Shown here in pieces: positions 55,667-64,000 of a stretch of DNA of 64,000 nucleotides. Origin of the DNA: Candidatus Latescibacterota bacterium (lineage in GTDB: Bacteria; Latescibacterota; UBA2968; UBA8231). Below the pieces are notes generated by a model. The model was given only the letters and a program-made list of their open reading frames with translations, was not told the origin of the DNA and did not search any database. The DNA is taken from positions 3,968,001 through 4,032,000 of the forward strand of contig OZ220089.1 in NCBI GenBank assembly GCA_964291625.2. Reading direction: 5' to 3'. Positions within the stretch are counted from its first letter, which is position 1; every line of letters begins with the position of its first letter. The translations under genes were made by a program, and so were the position numbers.

Positions 55667-56905
55667 ATGAACAAGAGCCGGCGCCCGCCATACCTGTGGC
55701 GGTGCATGTGCCTGTCGATCCTGACCCTGCAGGGAGCTGAGACCGTGCAGGCCGAGAGCGACTCCACCCACCCGAGCGCCAGCGCCGGGAAGGTCATGGG
55801 GCTGGATAAGGTGATCGCCTTCTACGGGGCTTACCCGGAACTCGCGTCGCAGACCTTCACCCGCGGCGGCGACTGGAGGTACTGGAAGGCCCGGGGCGGG
55901 ATCGTCTCCGAGGGGGTGGTCCACTACAACTTCCTCGGCAAGCCGGTCGACGAGGCTTCCGACGTCCTGGCGAACATGGACTTCGGGGACAACCCCAACC
56001 CGGTGATCAACATCGACGAGTTCGGCTGGGACTACGACGGCGGCATCGACCGGCACACGGCGGCGATCCTGCAGGCCGTGCACCGGAAGAGGCCGGAGCT
56101 GGGGATCACGGTCTGGCAGATGCGGGGACCAGTGGCGCCCGAGCTGGCTGCGGTCTACCGGCAGACGGTCGACCTGGTCCTGCTGGAGACCTACTTCGAC
56201 CTGAACGACGCCTGGATGATCCCCTTCCAGCTTCAGGCCGCGCGGCTCGTCGGCCTTCTGGACCGGTCCGTGGTCGCCCTGGGACTGGGCAAGGAGGCCG
56301 AGGACAAGGGCAACTGGCTGTGGACCCAAACGGCGGAAGAGTTGGAACAGCAGGTCCGCCTGATCCGCTTCGTCGCGCCCGAGTCGCCCGGCGTGGGGTT
56401 CTTCGGCCGGTGGAAGCTGAAGGAGAACAACTGCCCGCTCACCGACGAGCAGCTCGACGGGATCTGCGGCCGCTTCCTGGAGACGCCCACCGACGGCAGC
56501 GGCCTCACGCCCGAGCTGCTCGAGCTGGGCCGGGTCTTCACCCGGCGCTACGAGGGCCCCGCCATCTTCTGCTCGTCGGAGTTCGCCCTGCCGTACTTCC
56601 ACTCCGGCCACGACGGAGGGGCCTGGGGCACCATGCAGGATCCCCCGACGGTGCGCCTGCTGCTGATGAACCTCGGCCAGCAGGACGCGCGCGGCGTCAA
56701 GGCGCGGCTGCGGACTCCGGGGGAGGGGGGCGAGGTCTGGGCCAGCGGCGAGGCGGACATCCCGGCGCGGTCCGTGGCGGTCGCCCTGCTCGGGATCCTG
56801 CCGGGCCAGCAGTACAGCGGCTGGACCGGCACCGAGATCCTGGAGGTCGAGGCGCCGGGAGCCGAGGTCTTCAACTTCGAGGACTCCCGCTTCCACGGGA
56901 AGTAG
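55667..56905 (+). CDS. Secreted hypothetical protein (possible TIM barrel plus Ig-like domain)
   Basis: Typical codon usage; signal-like MCLSILTLQGAETVQA; INIDEFG, LLETY motifs; function unassigned. Confidence 0.7.
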   Translation: MNKSRRPPYLWRCMCLSILTLQGAETVQAESDSTHPSASAGKVMGLDKVIAFYGAYPELASQTFTRGGDWRYWKARGGIVSEGVVHYNFLGKPVDEASDVLANMDFGDNPNPVINIDEFGWDYDGGIDRHTAAILQAVHRKRPELGITVWQMRGPVAPELAAVYRQTVDLVLLETYFDLNDAWMIPFQLQAARLVGLLDRSVVALGLGKEAEDKGNWLWTQTAEELEQQVRLIRFVAPESPGVGFFGRWKLKENNCPLTDEQLDGICGRFLETPTDGSGLTPELLELGRVFTRRYEGPAIFCSSEFALPYFHSGHDGGAWGTMQDPPTVRLLLMNLGQQDARGVKARLRTPGEGGEVWASGEADIPARSVAVALLGILPGQQYSGWTGTEILEVEAPGAEVFNFEDSRFHGK

Positions 56906-57042
56906 CGCCCCCGACGCTGGGAGGCGCCGGGCGGGTCGGCCGCGCAGGGGCGCTTCGGCCGCGGCGGGTCTGATCGCTCCGCCAGCGTGTACGCGGAGAC
57001 CATCGTCGAGGCTGGTGCCGCGTCGGCGGACCGTCTCGCAGA

Positions 57043-60000
57043 TCAGTAAGAGCACATCAGGTCGTCGAGCAGCAGGTGCCGGCTCGCGGCCGGCACCATC
57101 TCGTCGACGTAGACCAGCTTCTCCCGCAGCTGCACGTAGAACCCCTTCAGGCGCAGCGGGTGGTCGACCCGCCCGTCGCCGCCGGTGGAGCGCCAGTTGC
57201 ACTTGCGCGGCCACTGGTAGCGCTCGACGGGGTACTCCCCCGGCAGGTCGATCCCCATGTAGCGCCAGCCGTCGAAGTTGACGAAGGAGGTGCTCTCCGT
57301 GTCGTTGGTGTTCCAGTCGGCGCGGCCGTGGAGGGCGGCCCCCAGGTGGGCCCACTCCTCGCCCTCGGCGTCTTCCAGAACGAAGACGATGCGGCTCCAG
57401 CTGGAGTTGCCGTGGACCCACAGGCCGATCTGGCGCGGCTCTCCCGGCAGCGGGACCGGCTCGTCCAGCTGGCAGTAGTTGTACCAGGCGGCCACGTCCG
57501 GACCGCCCTGGGGACCGTCCAGGCCCACTCGGGTCACGGCGCCGCGCTCGGGGTCCCGCGCCGCGCTCCAGGTCATCCGGCCCGGACGCCGCACCACGTC
57601 CCAGGTGTAGCTCTCGAAGGCCGTGTCCCGGCGGGCGCTCACCCGCCAGGCGCCGGGGTCGTCCAGGCCGTGCAGCAGGACCGCCTCGGGGCCGGGCGCC
57701 GCGGTGTAGCGGTTGGCCCCCGCCTTCACGGCGCTCACCTCGACGCCGCTCACGTAGCGCGGTGAGTCGTCCACGACGACCACCACCTCGCCGTCCGCGA
57801 CGGCCGCCGGATGACTGTTGCCCATGCCGTCCGTCACCAGGGCCGCCGCAGCGCCGCTGACGTCACGCGGAGGATCGTCGTCGTCGGCGGCCACCTCGCG
57901 ATCCGCGGGAGCCGCCGCAGGAGTGCTGCCGTCCGTCACCGGGGCGGGCCCCTCGCCGTCCGCGGGAGCCGCCGCAGGAGTGCTGCCATCCGTCACCGGG
58001 GCGGGCCCCTCGCCGCGCACGGAGAGGCGGACCTCCCTCTCGCCGCGGATCGTCCACAGGGCGTAGACGGGGTCGCCCTCGGGGCGGGTGAACTCGAGGG
58101 CGAAGAGGCTGGTGGAGCCGGTGTCCAGCTTGCGCGAGAACCGCGCCCGGTCGAGCTGGGCCGTCAGCGTGGCGTAGGTCACGTACCCGGGCTTGGGGTT
58201 CAGCTCGGGCGGGCGGTGGGCGAGGCCGGAGGCGCCCCAGTTGGAGAAGTGGTAGGCGTTGCCCACGTCGTAGGCGAGGGCCGGGTTGACGTTGGGGACG
58301 CCGTAGGCCAGGGCGAGCAGGCAGTCGCGGACGTTGTATGCGGCGGCGGTGCGCGGGTGGAGGTTGCCGGGGTTGGTGGAGTGGTACATCCACTCGAAGG
58401 AGACGGTCAGCCCCGCGTCGCCGTACCCGTAGTGGCGGGCCATCTCCTGCATCCACCAGAGGCTGCCGAAGCCGGCCACCTCCGGCTGGCGCTCGGGCAT
58501 GCGCATGAAGCCGGGCGACTCCTCGCCCAGAAGGTCGATGTACTCCCGCGGATACCCGCGGGCCAGGAACTGCTCGATCGACGGCTGCACCATGTTGCCG
58601 AAGACCAGCTCCATCTCCGGGTCGATGCGCCGCACCGCCTCGCTGGCCGCCACCGCGTGCTCCCAGCGCCGCTCCAGCTCCGCCGTCTCCGCCGAGTCCA
58701 GCGGCGCCGGTCCGTCCCCCGTCAGGAATCCAGGGCGCGTCTTCAGGGGGCCGATGTTGCTCTCGTGGAAGACCAGGGCCTGCCGCGTCTCGGGCCACTG
58801 CTCGAAGGTGCGGCGCAGCGCTTCCGCGTCCGTCTCGCCGACCTTGTGGGTGCCCACGATGCTGGAGTGCTGGCCCTTCGTCAGGCCGTGCTCCCGCAGC
58901 GCTTCGTAGCCGTAGCCGAAGGTGCGCCGGACCCCCGCCTTGTACATCAGCGGTCCGGCCTGGTCCACGGTGGTGCCGCGGTGGCCCTTGCCGAAGCACC
59001 AGGTGCCGAAGGGCGAGTCCCGCACGGTCGCCCTTCGCCGGTCCTCGGGCAGCAGGGCGAAGGTGGTCCGGCGCTCGACGGAGACCTCCCCGCCGTCGAG
59101 GAGGCGGAAGACGACCTCGAACCAGCCGAGCTTCTCCCGGGGCAGCTCCAGGCGCAGGGTGTCGGCGGCCAGCGGCGCCAGGACGAGGCTTCCCCGCGTC
59201 CGGGTCTCGCCGCCGTAGTAGTCGGTGGCCACCGCCTCCACCCGGGCCCGCCGCTCCCGGTCCGTGACGTTCCTCAGGGCCGCGGAGAAGACCGGCGGCT
59301 GCGCCACGAAGACGTGGCCCACCTCGGCCGAGGAGACCCGCATCTGCACCGGCGCCACCGTCAGGGTCAGGGCCAGCACGCGCACGGCGCTGGGCCGTCC
59401 CAGGGCGCGCACGCGGAAGCGCGCCGGGTCGGGGTTGCGCACCGCCACGTGCAGTTCCTTGGTCAGCTCCAGGTCCAGGTGGTCCCCCGGCTCGGCGATG
59501 TCCTGGATGTCGCCCGAGCGCAGGGGCGCCTTCACCACGAAGAGGCGGCCCTCCGCCTCCCCCGCCGATCCGGTGAGGCGCAGCGGCCGGTGAGCCACCA
59601 CGTGCTCGTTGCCCGCCTCGTTCCAGCGCGGCACCTCCACGGCGGTGTCGTAGAGGATCCCGTGCCCGTGGTGGAGCCCCAGTCGGAAGGAGACCACCGG
59701 GGTCTTCGCCGGATCGGTGTCGGCCAGGCACAGCAGGTACAGCCCCGAGTAGTTCAGCCGCGGGATGCGGACCACCGGGACCTCGGGATCGCCGTACCCG
59801 TCCGGTTTGTAGTGGGAGTAGAACCCCACCGGGTCCTCCTCCACGTCGGGCCAGCGGGCCAGGCCCACGTCCAGGTGGTCGCCCTTCTCCCGGGTGCCGA
59901 TGTGGAAGGGGATGCCGCCGACCTCGACGCGGGAGCCCGCCGCCGGCAACTGTCCCTCGGCGATCCCGTAGCCGTCGCCCATCTCGGCGCCGATGAAGCG

Positions 60001-60927
60001 GCCGTGGTAGAGGTCGGTCAGATTGACGGCGACGAAGGATTCGGCGGCGCCGGCGCCCGCCGCCCAGAGGCAGAGCAGGGCCGCCGTCCGGTGAAGCGCC
60101 ATGCCCGCCTTCCTCGAGGCGGGGCCTCTCGCAGCGCCGGTGGCTGCCCGTCTCGCAGCAGCCGCCGCCCGGTGAAGCGCCATGGCCGCCTTCCTCGAGG
60201 CGGGGCCTCTCGCAGCGCCGGTGGCTGCCCGTCTCGCAGCAGCCGCCGCCCGGTGAAGCGCCATGGCCGCCTTCCTCGAGGCGGGGCCTCTCGCAGCGCC
60301 GGTGGCTGCCCGTCTCGCAGCAGCCGCCGCCCGGTGAAGCGCCATGGCCGCCTTCCTCGAGGCGGGGCCTCTCGCAGCGCCGGTGGCTGCCCGTCTCGCA
60401 GCAGCCGCCGCCCGGTGAAGCGCCATGGCCGCCTTCCTCGAGGCGGGGCCTCTCGCAGCGCCGGTGGCTGCCCGTCTCGCAGCAGCCGCCGCCCGGTGAA
60501 GCGCCATGGCCGCCTTCCTCGAGGCGGGGCCTCTCGCAGCGCCGGTGGCTGCCCGTCTCGCAGCAGCCGCCGCCCGGTGAAGCGCCATGGCCGCCTTCCT
60601 CGAGGCGGGGCCTCTCGCAGCGCCGGTGGCTGCCCGTCTCGCAGCAGCCGCCGCCCGGTGAAGCGCCATGGCCGCCTTCCTCGAGGCGGGGCCTCTCGCA
60701 GCGCCGGTGGCTGCCCGTCTCGCAGCAGCCGCCGCCCGGTGAAGCGCCATGGCCGCCTTCCTCGAGGCGGGGCCTCTCGCAGCGCCGGTGGCTGCCCGTC
60801 TCGCAGCAGCCGCCGCCCGGTGAAGCGCCATGGCCGCCTTCCTCGAGGCGGGACTTCTCGCAGCGCCGGCGGCAGCCCGTCTCGCAGCAGCCGCCGTCCG
60901 GCGGAGCGCAATTCCTCTGTTCCCCAT
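57043..60927 (-). CDS. Large secreted hypothetical protein, possibly glycoside-hydrolase-like; likely functional start at 60102
   Basis: Signal peptide MALHRTAALLCLWAAGAGAAE follows the repeat array; DSPFG, LNPKPGYVTYATL, GLWVHGNSSW, VNFDGWRY. Confidence 0.8.
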   Translation of the reverse strand: MGNRGIALRRTAAAARRAAAGAARSPASRKAAMALHRAAAAARRAATGAARGPASRKAAMALHRAAAAARRAATGAARGPASRKAAMALHRAAAAARRAATGAARGPASRKAAMALHRAAAAARRAATGAARGPASRKAAMALHRAAAAARRAATGAARGPASRKAAMALHRAAAAARRAATGAARGPASRKAAMALHRAAAAARRAATGAARGPASRKAAMALHRAAAAARRAATGAARGPASRKAAMALHRAAAAARRAATGAARGPASRKAGMALHRTAALLCLWAAGAGAAESFVAVNLTDLYHGRFIGAEMGDGYGIAEGQLPAAGSRVEVGGIPFHIGTREKGDHLDVGLARWPDVEEDPVGFYSHYKPDGYGDPEVPVVRIPRLNYSGLYLLCLADTDPAKTPVVSFRLGLHHGHGILYDTAVEVPRWNEAGNEHVVAHRPLRLTGSAGEAEGRLFVVKAPLRSGDIQDIAEPGDHLDLELTKELHVAVRNPDPARFRVRALGRPSAVRVLALTLTVAPVQMRVSSAEVGHVFVAQPPVFSAALRNVTDRERRARVEAVATDYYGGETRTRGSLVLAPLAADTLRLELPREKLGWFEVVFRLLDGGEVSVERRTTFALLPEDRRRATVRDSPFGTWCFGKGHRGTTVDQAGPLMYKAGVRRTFGYGYEALREHGLTKGQHSSIVGTHKVGETDAEALRRTFEQWPETRQALVFHESNIGPLKTRPGFLTGDGPAPLDSAETAELERRWEHAVAASEAVRRIDPEMELVFGNMVQPSIEQFLARGYPREYIDLLGEESPGFMRMPERQPEVAGFGSLWWMQEMARHYGYGDAGLTVSFEWMYHSTNPGNLHPRTAAAYNVRDCLLALAYGVPNVNPALAYDVGNAYHFSNWGASGLAHRPPELNPKPGYVTYATLTAQLDRARFSRKLDTGSTSLFALEFTRPEGDPVYALWTIRGEREVRLSVRGEGPAPVTDGSTPAAAPADGEGPAPVTDGSTPAAAPADREVAADDDDPPRDVSGAAAALVTDGMGNSHPAAVADGEVVVVVDDSPRYVSGVEVSAVKAGANRYTAAPGPEAVLLHGLDDPGAWRVSARRDTAFESYTWDVVRRPGRMTWSAARDPERGAVTRVGLDGPQGGPDVAAWYNYCQLDEPVPLPGEPRQIGLWVHGNSSWSRIVFVLEDAEGEEWAHLGAALHGRADWNTNDTESTSFVNFDGWRYMGIDLPGEYPVERYQWPRKCNWRSTGGDGRVDHPLRLKGFYVQLREKLVYVDEMVPAASRHLLLDDLMCSY
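57902..58015. repeat. Two 57-bp in-frame tandem repeats (linker)
   Basis: GEGPAPVTDGSTPAAAPAD x2. Confidence 0.8.
60081..60910. repeat. 81-bp tandem repeat, about 10 near-perfect copies
   Basis: Unit ccggtgaagcgccatggccgccttcctcgaggcgggg...gcagccgccgc recurs at 60088, 60169 ... 60817; encodes MALHRAAAAARRAATGAARGPASRKAA. Confidence 0.95.
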
Positions 60928-60943
60928 GGCGGGCCTCCGCGGT

Positions 60944-62566
60944 TCAGTTCCAGGGCTGGACGAAGCGTCCCGGGGTGGCGCCGGTGTGGCGGCCGTCGCG
61001 CAGCACCCGCCGGCCGTTCACCCAGACGTCGCTCACCCCCGACGACAGCTGATGGGGCTCCTCGAAGGTGGCGTGGTCCGAGATCGTCCCGGGGTCGAAG
61101 ATCACCACGTCGGCGAGCAGGCCCTCGCGCAGCAGGCCCCGCCGGCGCAGGCCCAGGCGGTCGGCCACGGCCGAGGTCATCTTGCAGACCGCTTCCTCCA
61201 GGGGCAGGACCCCCTGGTCGCGGACGTAGCGGCCGAGGACGCGCGGATAGGTGCCGTAGCCCCGGGGGTGCACCGGCCCCAGGTCCCGCGCCCAGGCCGG
61301 GTCGACGCCGCCGGCGTCGGTGGAGATCTTGACCCACGGCTGGCGGAGCTGCAGGCGCAGGTTGTCCTCGGTCATGGAGTAGTAGATGGTGCCGATGCGC
61401 TGGCGCTCCGACAGCAGCAGGTGGCAGACGGTGTCGAACCAGTCCTCGCCGCGCTCGGCGGCGATCTCGGACAGCCGCCGGCCCACGAAGGGCTGGTTTT
61501 CCGGCTTGCGGAAGCCGATCGGCATCACCCCCTCGGCGCCGTGCTCGGTGACCATCGGCTCCCAGCTCCCGTCGGGGCACATGACGGCGCGCCGGATCTG
61601 CTCGCGCTCGGCCGGGTCCTCCAGGCGCTCGAAGAGCCGGCCCCCCTCCGCCGTCCAGGGTGGCAGGACCGCGGTCAGGCCCGTGCCGGAGGCGTCGTAG
61701 GGATACATGTCGGCGGCCACATCCAGGCCGCCGCCGCGGGCCCGTTCGATGCGGCCGATGACCTCCGGCATCCTGTCCCAGTGGGCTCGTCCCGCGGCCT
61801 TCAGGTGGTAGATCTCCACCGGCACGCCGGCGCGGACGCCGATCTCGAAGGCCTCGTCGAGGGCGCTGAAGATCTCCGCTCCCTCCGACCGCAGGTGGGT
61901 GATGTAGCCGCCGTCGTACTGCGCCGCGACCCCGCAGACCTCGGCGATCTCGTCGGTGTCGGCGTAGCAGTCGGGCGGGTAGATCAGGGCGTAGGAGAGG
62001 CCGAAGGCGCCATCCTCCATGGCCTCGGCCGCCACCCGCGCCATGACCCGCCGCTCCTCCGGGGTGGCGGGGGTCATGTCCATCCCCTTGGCGCAGCTGC
62101 GCAGGGTGCCGCCGCCGAGGTAGGAGCCGACGTTGGGCGAGGTGCCGGCCCCCTCCACCGCCTCCAGCCAGTGGCGGAAGCGCGTCCATCCCTTCGCCGG
62201 CTCCACCCAGTCGGCCAGCAGGCCCCCGTACACGGCGGTGCCGATGCCGCCCTCGTTGCGGCCGGTCACCGGCGCCGGGGTCGAGGCCTCGCCCATGATC
62301 TCGGTGGTCACCCCCTGGGTGATCTTGGAGAGGCAGCGGCCGTCCGCCATGAGGGGGTAGATCGAGTGGGACTGGATGTCGATGAAGCCCGGACAGACCA
62401 CGGCCTCGGCGGCGTCGACCACCTCCCGGGCATTCTCCGGCGGCACGGCCCCCGGCGCGGTCACCGCGGCGACGCGGTCGCCGGCGAGGGCCACGTCGCC
62501 GCGGAACCAGGGGTTGCCGGTGCCGTCGACGACCCGGCCCCCCCGGATCAGGACATCCCAGGCCAC
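60944..62566 (-). CDS. N-acyl-D-amino-acid deacylase
   Basis: IRGGRVVDGTGNP, PGFIDIQSHS, QGVTTE, HLRSEG, HPRGYGTYPRVLG. Confidence 0.92.
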   Translation of the reverse strand: MAWDVLIRGGRVVDGTGNPWFRGDVALAGDRVAAVTAPGAVPPENAREVVDAAEAVVCPGFIDIQSHSIYPLMADGRCLSKITQGVTTEIMGEASTPAPVTGRNEGGIGTAVYGGLLADWVEPAKGWTRFRHWLEAVEGAGTSPNVGSYLGGGTLRSCAKGMDMTPATPEERRVMARVAAEAMEDGAFGLSYALIYPPDCYADTDEIAEVCGVAAQYDGGYITHLRSEGAEIFSALDEAFEIGVRAGVPVEIYHLKAAGRAHWDRMPEVIGRIERARGGGLDVAADMYPYDASGTGLTAVLPPWTAEGGRLFERLEDPAEREQIRRAVMCPDGSWEPMVTEHGAEGVMPIGFRKPENQPFVGRRLSEIAAERGEDWFDTVCHLLLSERQRIGTIYYSMTEDNLRLQLRQPWVKISTDAGGVDPAWARDLGPVHPRGYGTYPRVLGRYVRDQGVLPLEEAVCKMTSAVADRLGLRRRGLLREGLLADVVIFDPGTISDHATFEEPHQLSSGVSDVWVNGRRVLRDGRHTGATPGRFVQPWN

Positions 62567-62567
62567 C

Positions 62568-63323
62568 TTAGCTGATCACCAGGTACGAGAGCCAGCCGTC
62601 GTGGCGGTCGTTGAGGATGGCGTGGGGCACGCCGATGGGCAGGTAGACCGTGTCCCCCTCCCGCACCGGGTGGGCGTCGAAGCCGGTGACCACCGTGCCC
62701 TCTCCCTCCAGGATGTAGTAGACCTGCTCCTTGTCTTCGTGGACGTGGAAGTCCGAGGCCTTGCCCCGGGCCACGGCCTGGCGCGCCAGGTACCAGAAGG
62801 CGAGCAGGCAGGGCTGGTCGGTGGCCGGCTCCGCCGCGTCCAGCCGCTCCAGGAGCTGCCACGTCACGGCGTTGCCGTGGACGCCCATGTTCGGCTGGGC
62901 GTCGCGCCAGTTCAGCACCCGGGGCTCGCTGCCGCGGCGGCCCTCCGGCACCGGGCAGGTGATGATGAGGTACTGCATCCAGTCGGGGTTGGTCTCGCCG
63001 AGGAGCTGGTGCTTGACCCCCGGGGGGAAGTAGGCCACCGATCCCTCGCTGACGGGGTGGCGCTCCTTGCCGATGAGCACCTCCGCCTGGCCGGAGAGGA
63101 TGTAGTAGTACTGCTCGGAGTCGGCGTGGGAGTGGTAGTTGGTGCTCTTGCCCCCCTGCAGGGAGTGGCCGGCGAGGCCGCTCAGGTGGGTCAGGCACTG
63201 GAAGGGCGAGGGCTTGCCGCCATCGCCTGCGGGGTTCAGGATCGGCCAGACGATGGCGTTGTCATGGCCGAGGTAACATTCGCTGTCGCGCCAGTTGCGC
63301 ACGACCGCTCGGGGGGTGTTCAC
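62568..63323 (-). CDS. Bicupin protein
   Basis: Two cupin motifs HSHADSEQYYYILSG..PPGVKH and HVHEDKEQVYYILEG..PIGVPH. Confidence 0.85.
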   Translation of the reverse strand: MNTPRAVVRNWRDSECYLGHDNAIVWPILNPAGDGGKPSPFQCLTHLSGLAGHSLQGGKSTNYHSHADSEQYYYILSGQAEVLIGKERHPVSEGSVAYFPPGVKHQLLGETNPDWMQYLIITCPVPEGRRGSEPRVLNWRDAQPNMGVHGNAVTWQLLERLDAAEPATDQPCLLAFWYLARQAVARGKASDFHVHEDKEQVYYILEGEGTVVTGFDAHPVREGDTVYLPIGVPHAILNDRHDGWLSYLVIS

Positions 63324-63452
63324 GGTAGGTTCCTTTCGTCGGGGGGTGGAGGGCGCGCCCAAAGGGCGCGCAAGTATAGGAAATGGCGAACCGCCGGAGG
63401 CGGGCGTCCGGCGACATCGAGCTGCGGCGGCGGGAGTAGCCGCCGGCCGAAC

Positions 63453-63998
63453 TCACCCGCCGCCGATCACGCCCTCGTCGAGCATGGTCAGCAGGGGGGA
63501 GTCCTCCACCTCCAGGGGCAGGTCGACCCGCCCGCGGCGGCGCGACGACTCGTAGGTGGCGAAGATCAGCTCCGTCGCCTGCAGGGCCTTGCGGCTGGAC
63601 AGTTCCGGCTCGTCGCCGCTGAACAGGCAGTCCACCAGGTCGTGGACGCTGGCGATCGTGTGCCGGGGCGCCGGCACCCCCGACGAGCGCTCCTCCACCT
63701 CCTGCCAGCCGCCGCCGCGCTGCATCCGCAGGCCGCCGCCGCCGCCCTGCACCTCGATCACCCCCTCCTCGCCGACCAGGCGGTTGGCCGCCCCGGTGTA
63801 GCCGGCGTCGCCGGTGGCCAGCAGGCCCTCCACGTCGTTCTCGAAGCGGACCCACGACAGGCCGGAAGTGTCCAGCCGCACGCCGAAGATCTCCCGGTGC
63901 TCGGAGACGTCGATCTGGCCCACGACCCAGCGCGCCGGGGTCTCGTCGTTGTAGAAGAACATCATGTCGAACCAGTGGGTGCCCCAGTCGAAGAGGTT
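63453..63998 (-). CDS. Gfo/Idh/MocA oxidoreductase, 5' partial
   Basis: NLFDWGTHWFDMM, VRFENDV, ELIFATYESSRR; frame open to the window edge. Confidence 0.85.
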   Translation of the reverse strand, partial: NLFDWGTHWFDMMFFYNDETPARWVVGQIDVSEHREIFGVRLDTSGLSWVRFENDVEGLLATGDAGYTGAANRLVGEEGVIEVQGGGGGLRMQRGGGWQEVEERSSGVPAPRHTIASVHDLVDCLFSGDEPELSSRKALQATELIFATYESSRRRGRVDLPLEVEDSPLLTMLDEGVIGGG

Positions 63999-64000
63999 GG

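Noticed and set aside
60081-60910. Possible CRISPR array
   Set aside because: Units are contiguous and identical with no unique spacers; 81-bp period is in frame with a CDS; no cas genes.

Overview
A 64 kb, GC-rich bacterial chromosomal window with about 45 real genes; most other ORFs in the track are GC-rich shadow frames. I saw no rRNA, tRNA, CRISPR array or intact integrase/transposase. The content is catabolic enzymes (two PhyH dioxygenases, amidase, amidohydrolases, sialidase-like, DUF2961, CocE hydrolase, D-aminoacylase), transporters, pbpC, rpmG and many secreted eukaryote-like repeat proteins (LRR+PD40, ankyrin, YWTD/LDL-receptor, WD40, dockerin, FlgD-Ig). This mix suggests a host-associated, e.g. 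sponge-symbiont, FCB-type bacterium such as Latescibacterota (inference only). Main observations: (1) six ORFs from two unrelated secreted families end in the same Ser/Thr-rich linker plus (S/T)WGx(L/V/F)K tail, a candidate C-terminal export/sorting signal that never co-occurs here with the FlgD/T9SS-like domain; (2) a lower-GC island at about 27.4-38.2 kb holds a diversified paralog family, pseudogenes and an IS remnant; (3) degenerate duplicates of gene 3' ends (GNAT, higA, fitA-like, DMT) lie downstream of the intact genes, and two such pairs enclose near-identical copies of the same epimerase; (4) four antitoxin genes lack toxins, versus one intact higBA; (5) ten 81-bp tandem repeats, each with an RBS-like motif and in-frame ATG, precede a large secreted protein; (6) a 14-repeat WD40 gene is split by one in-frame TAG.
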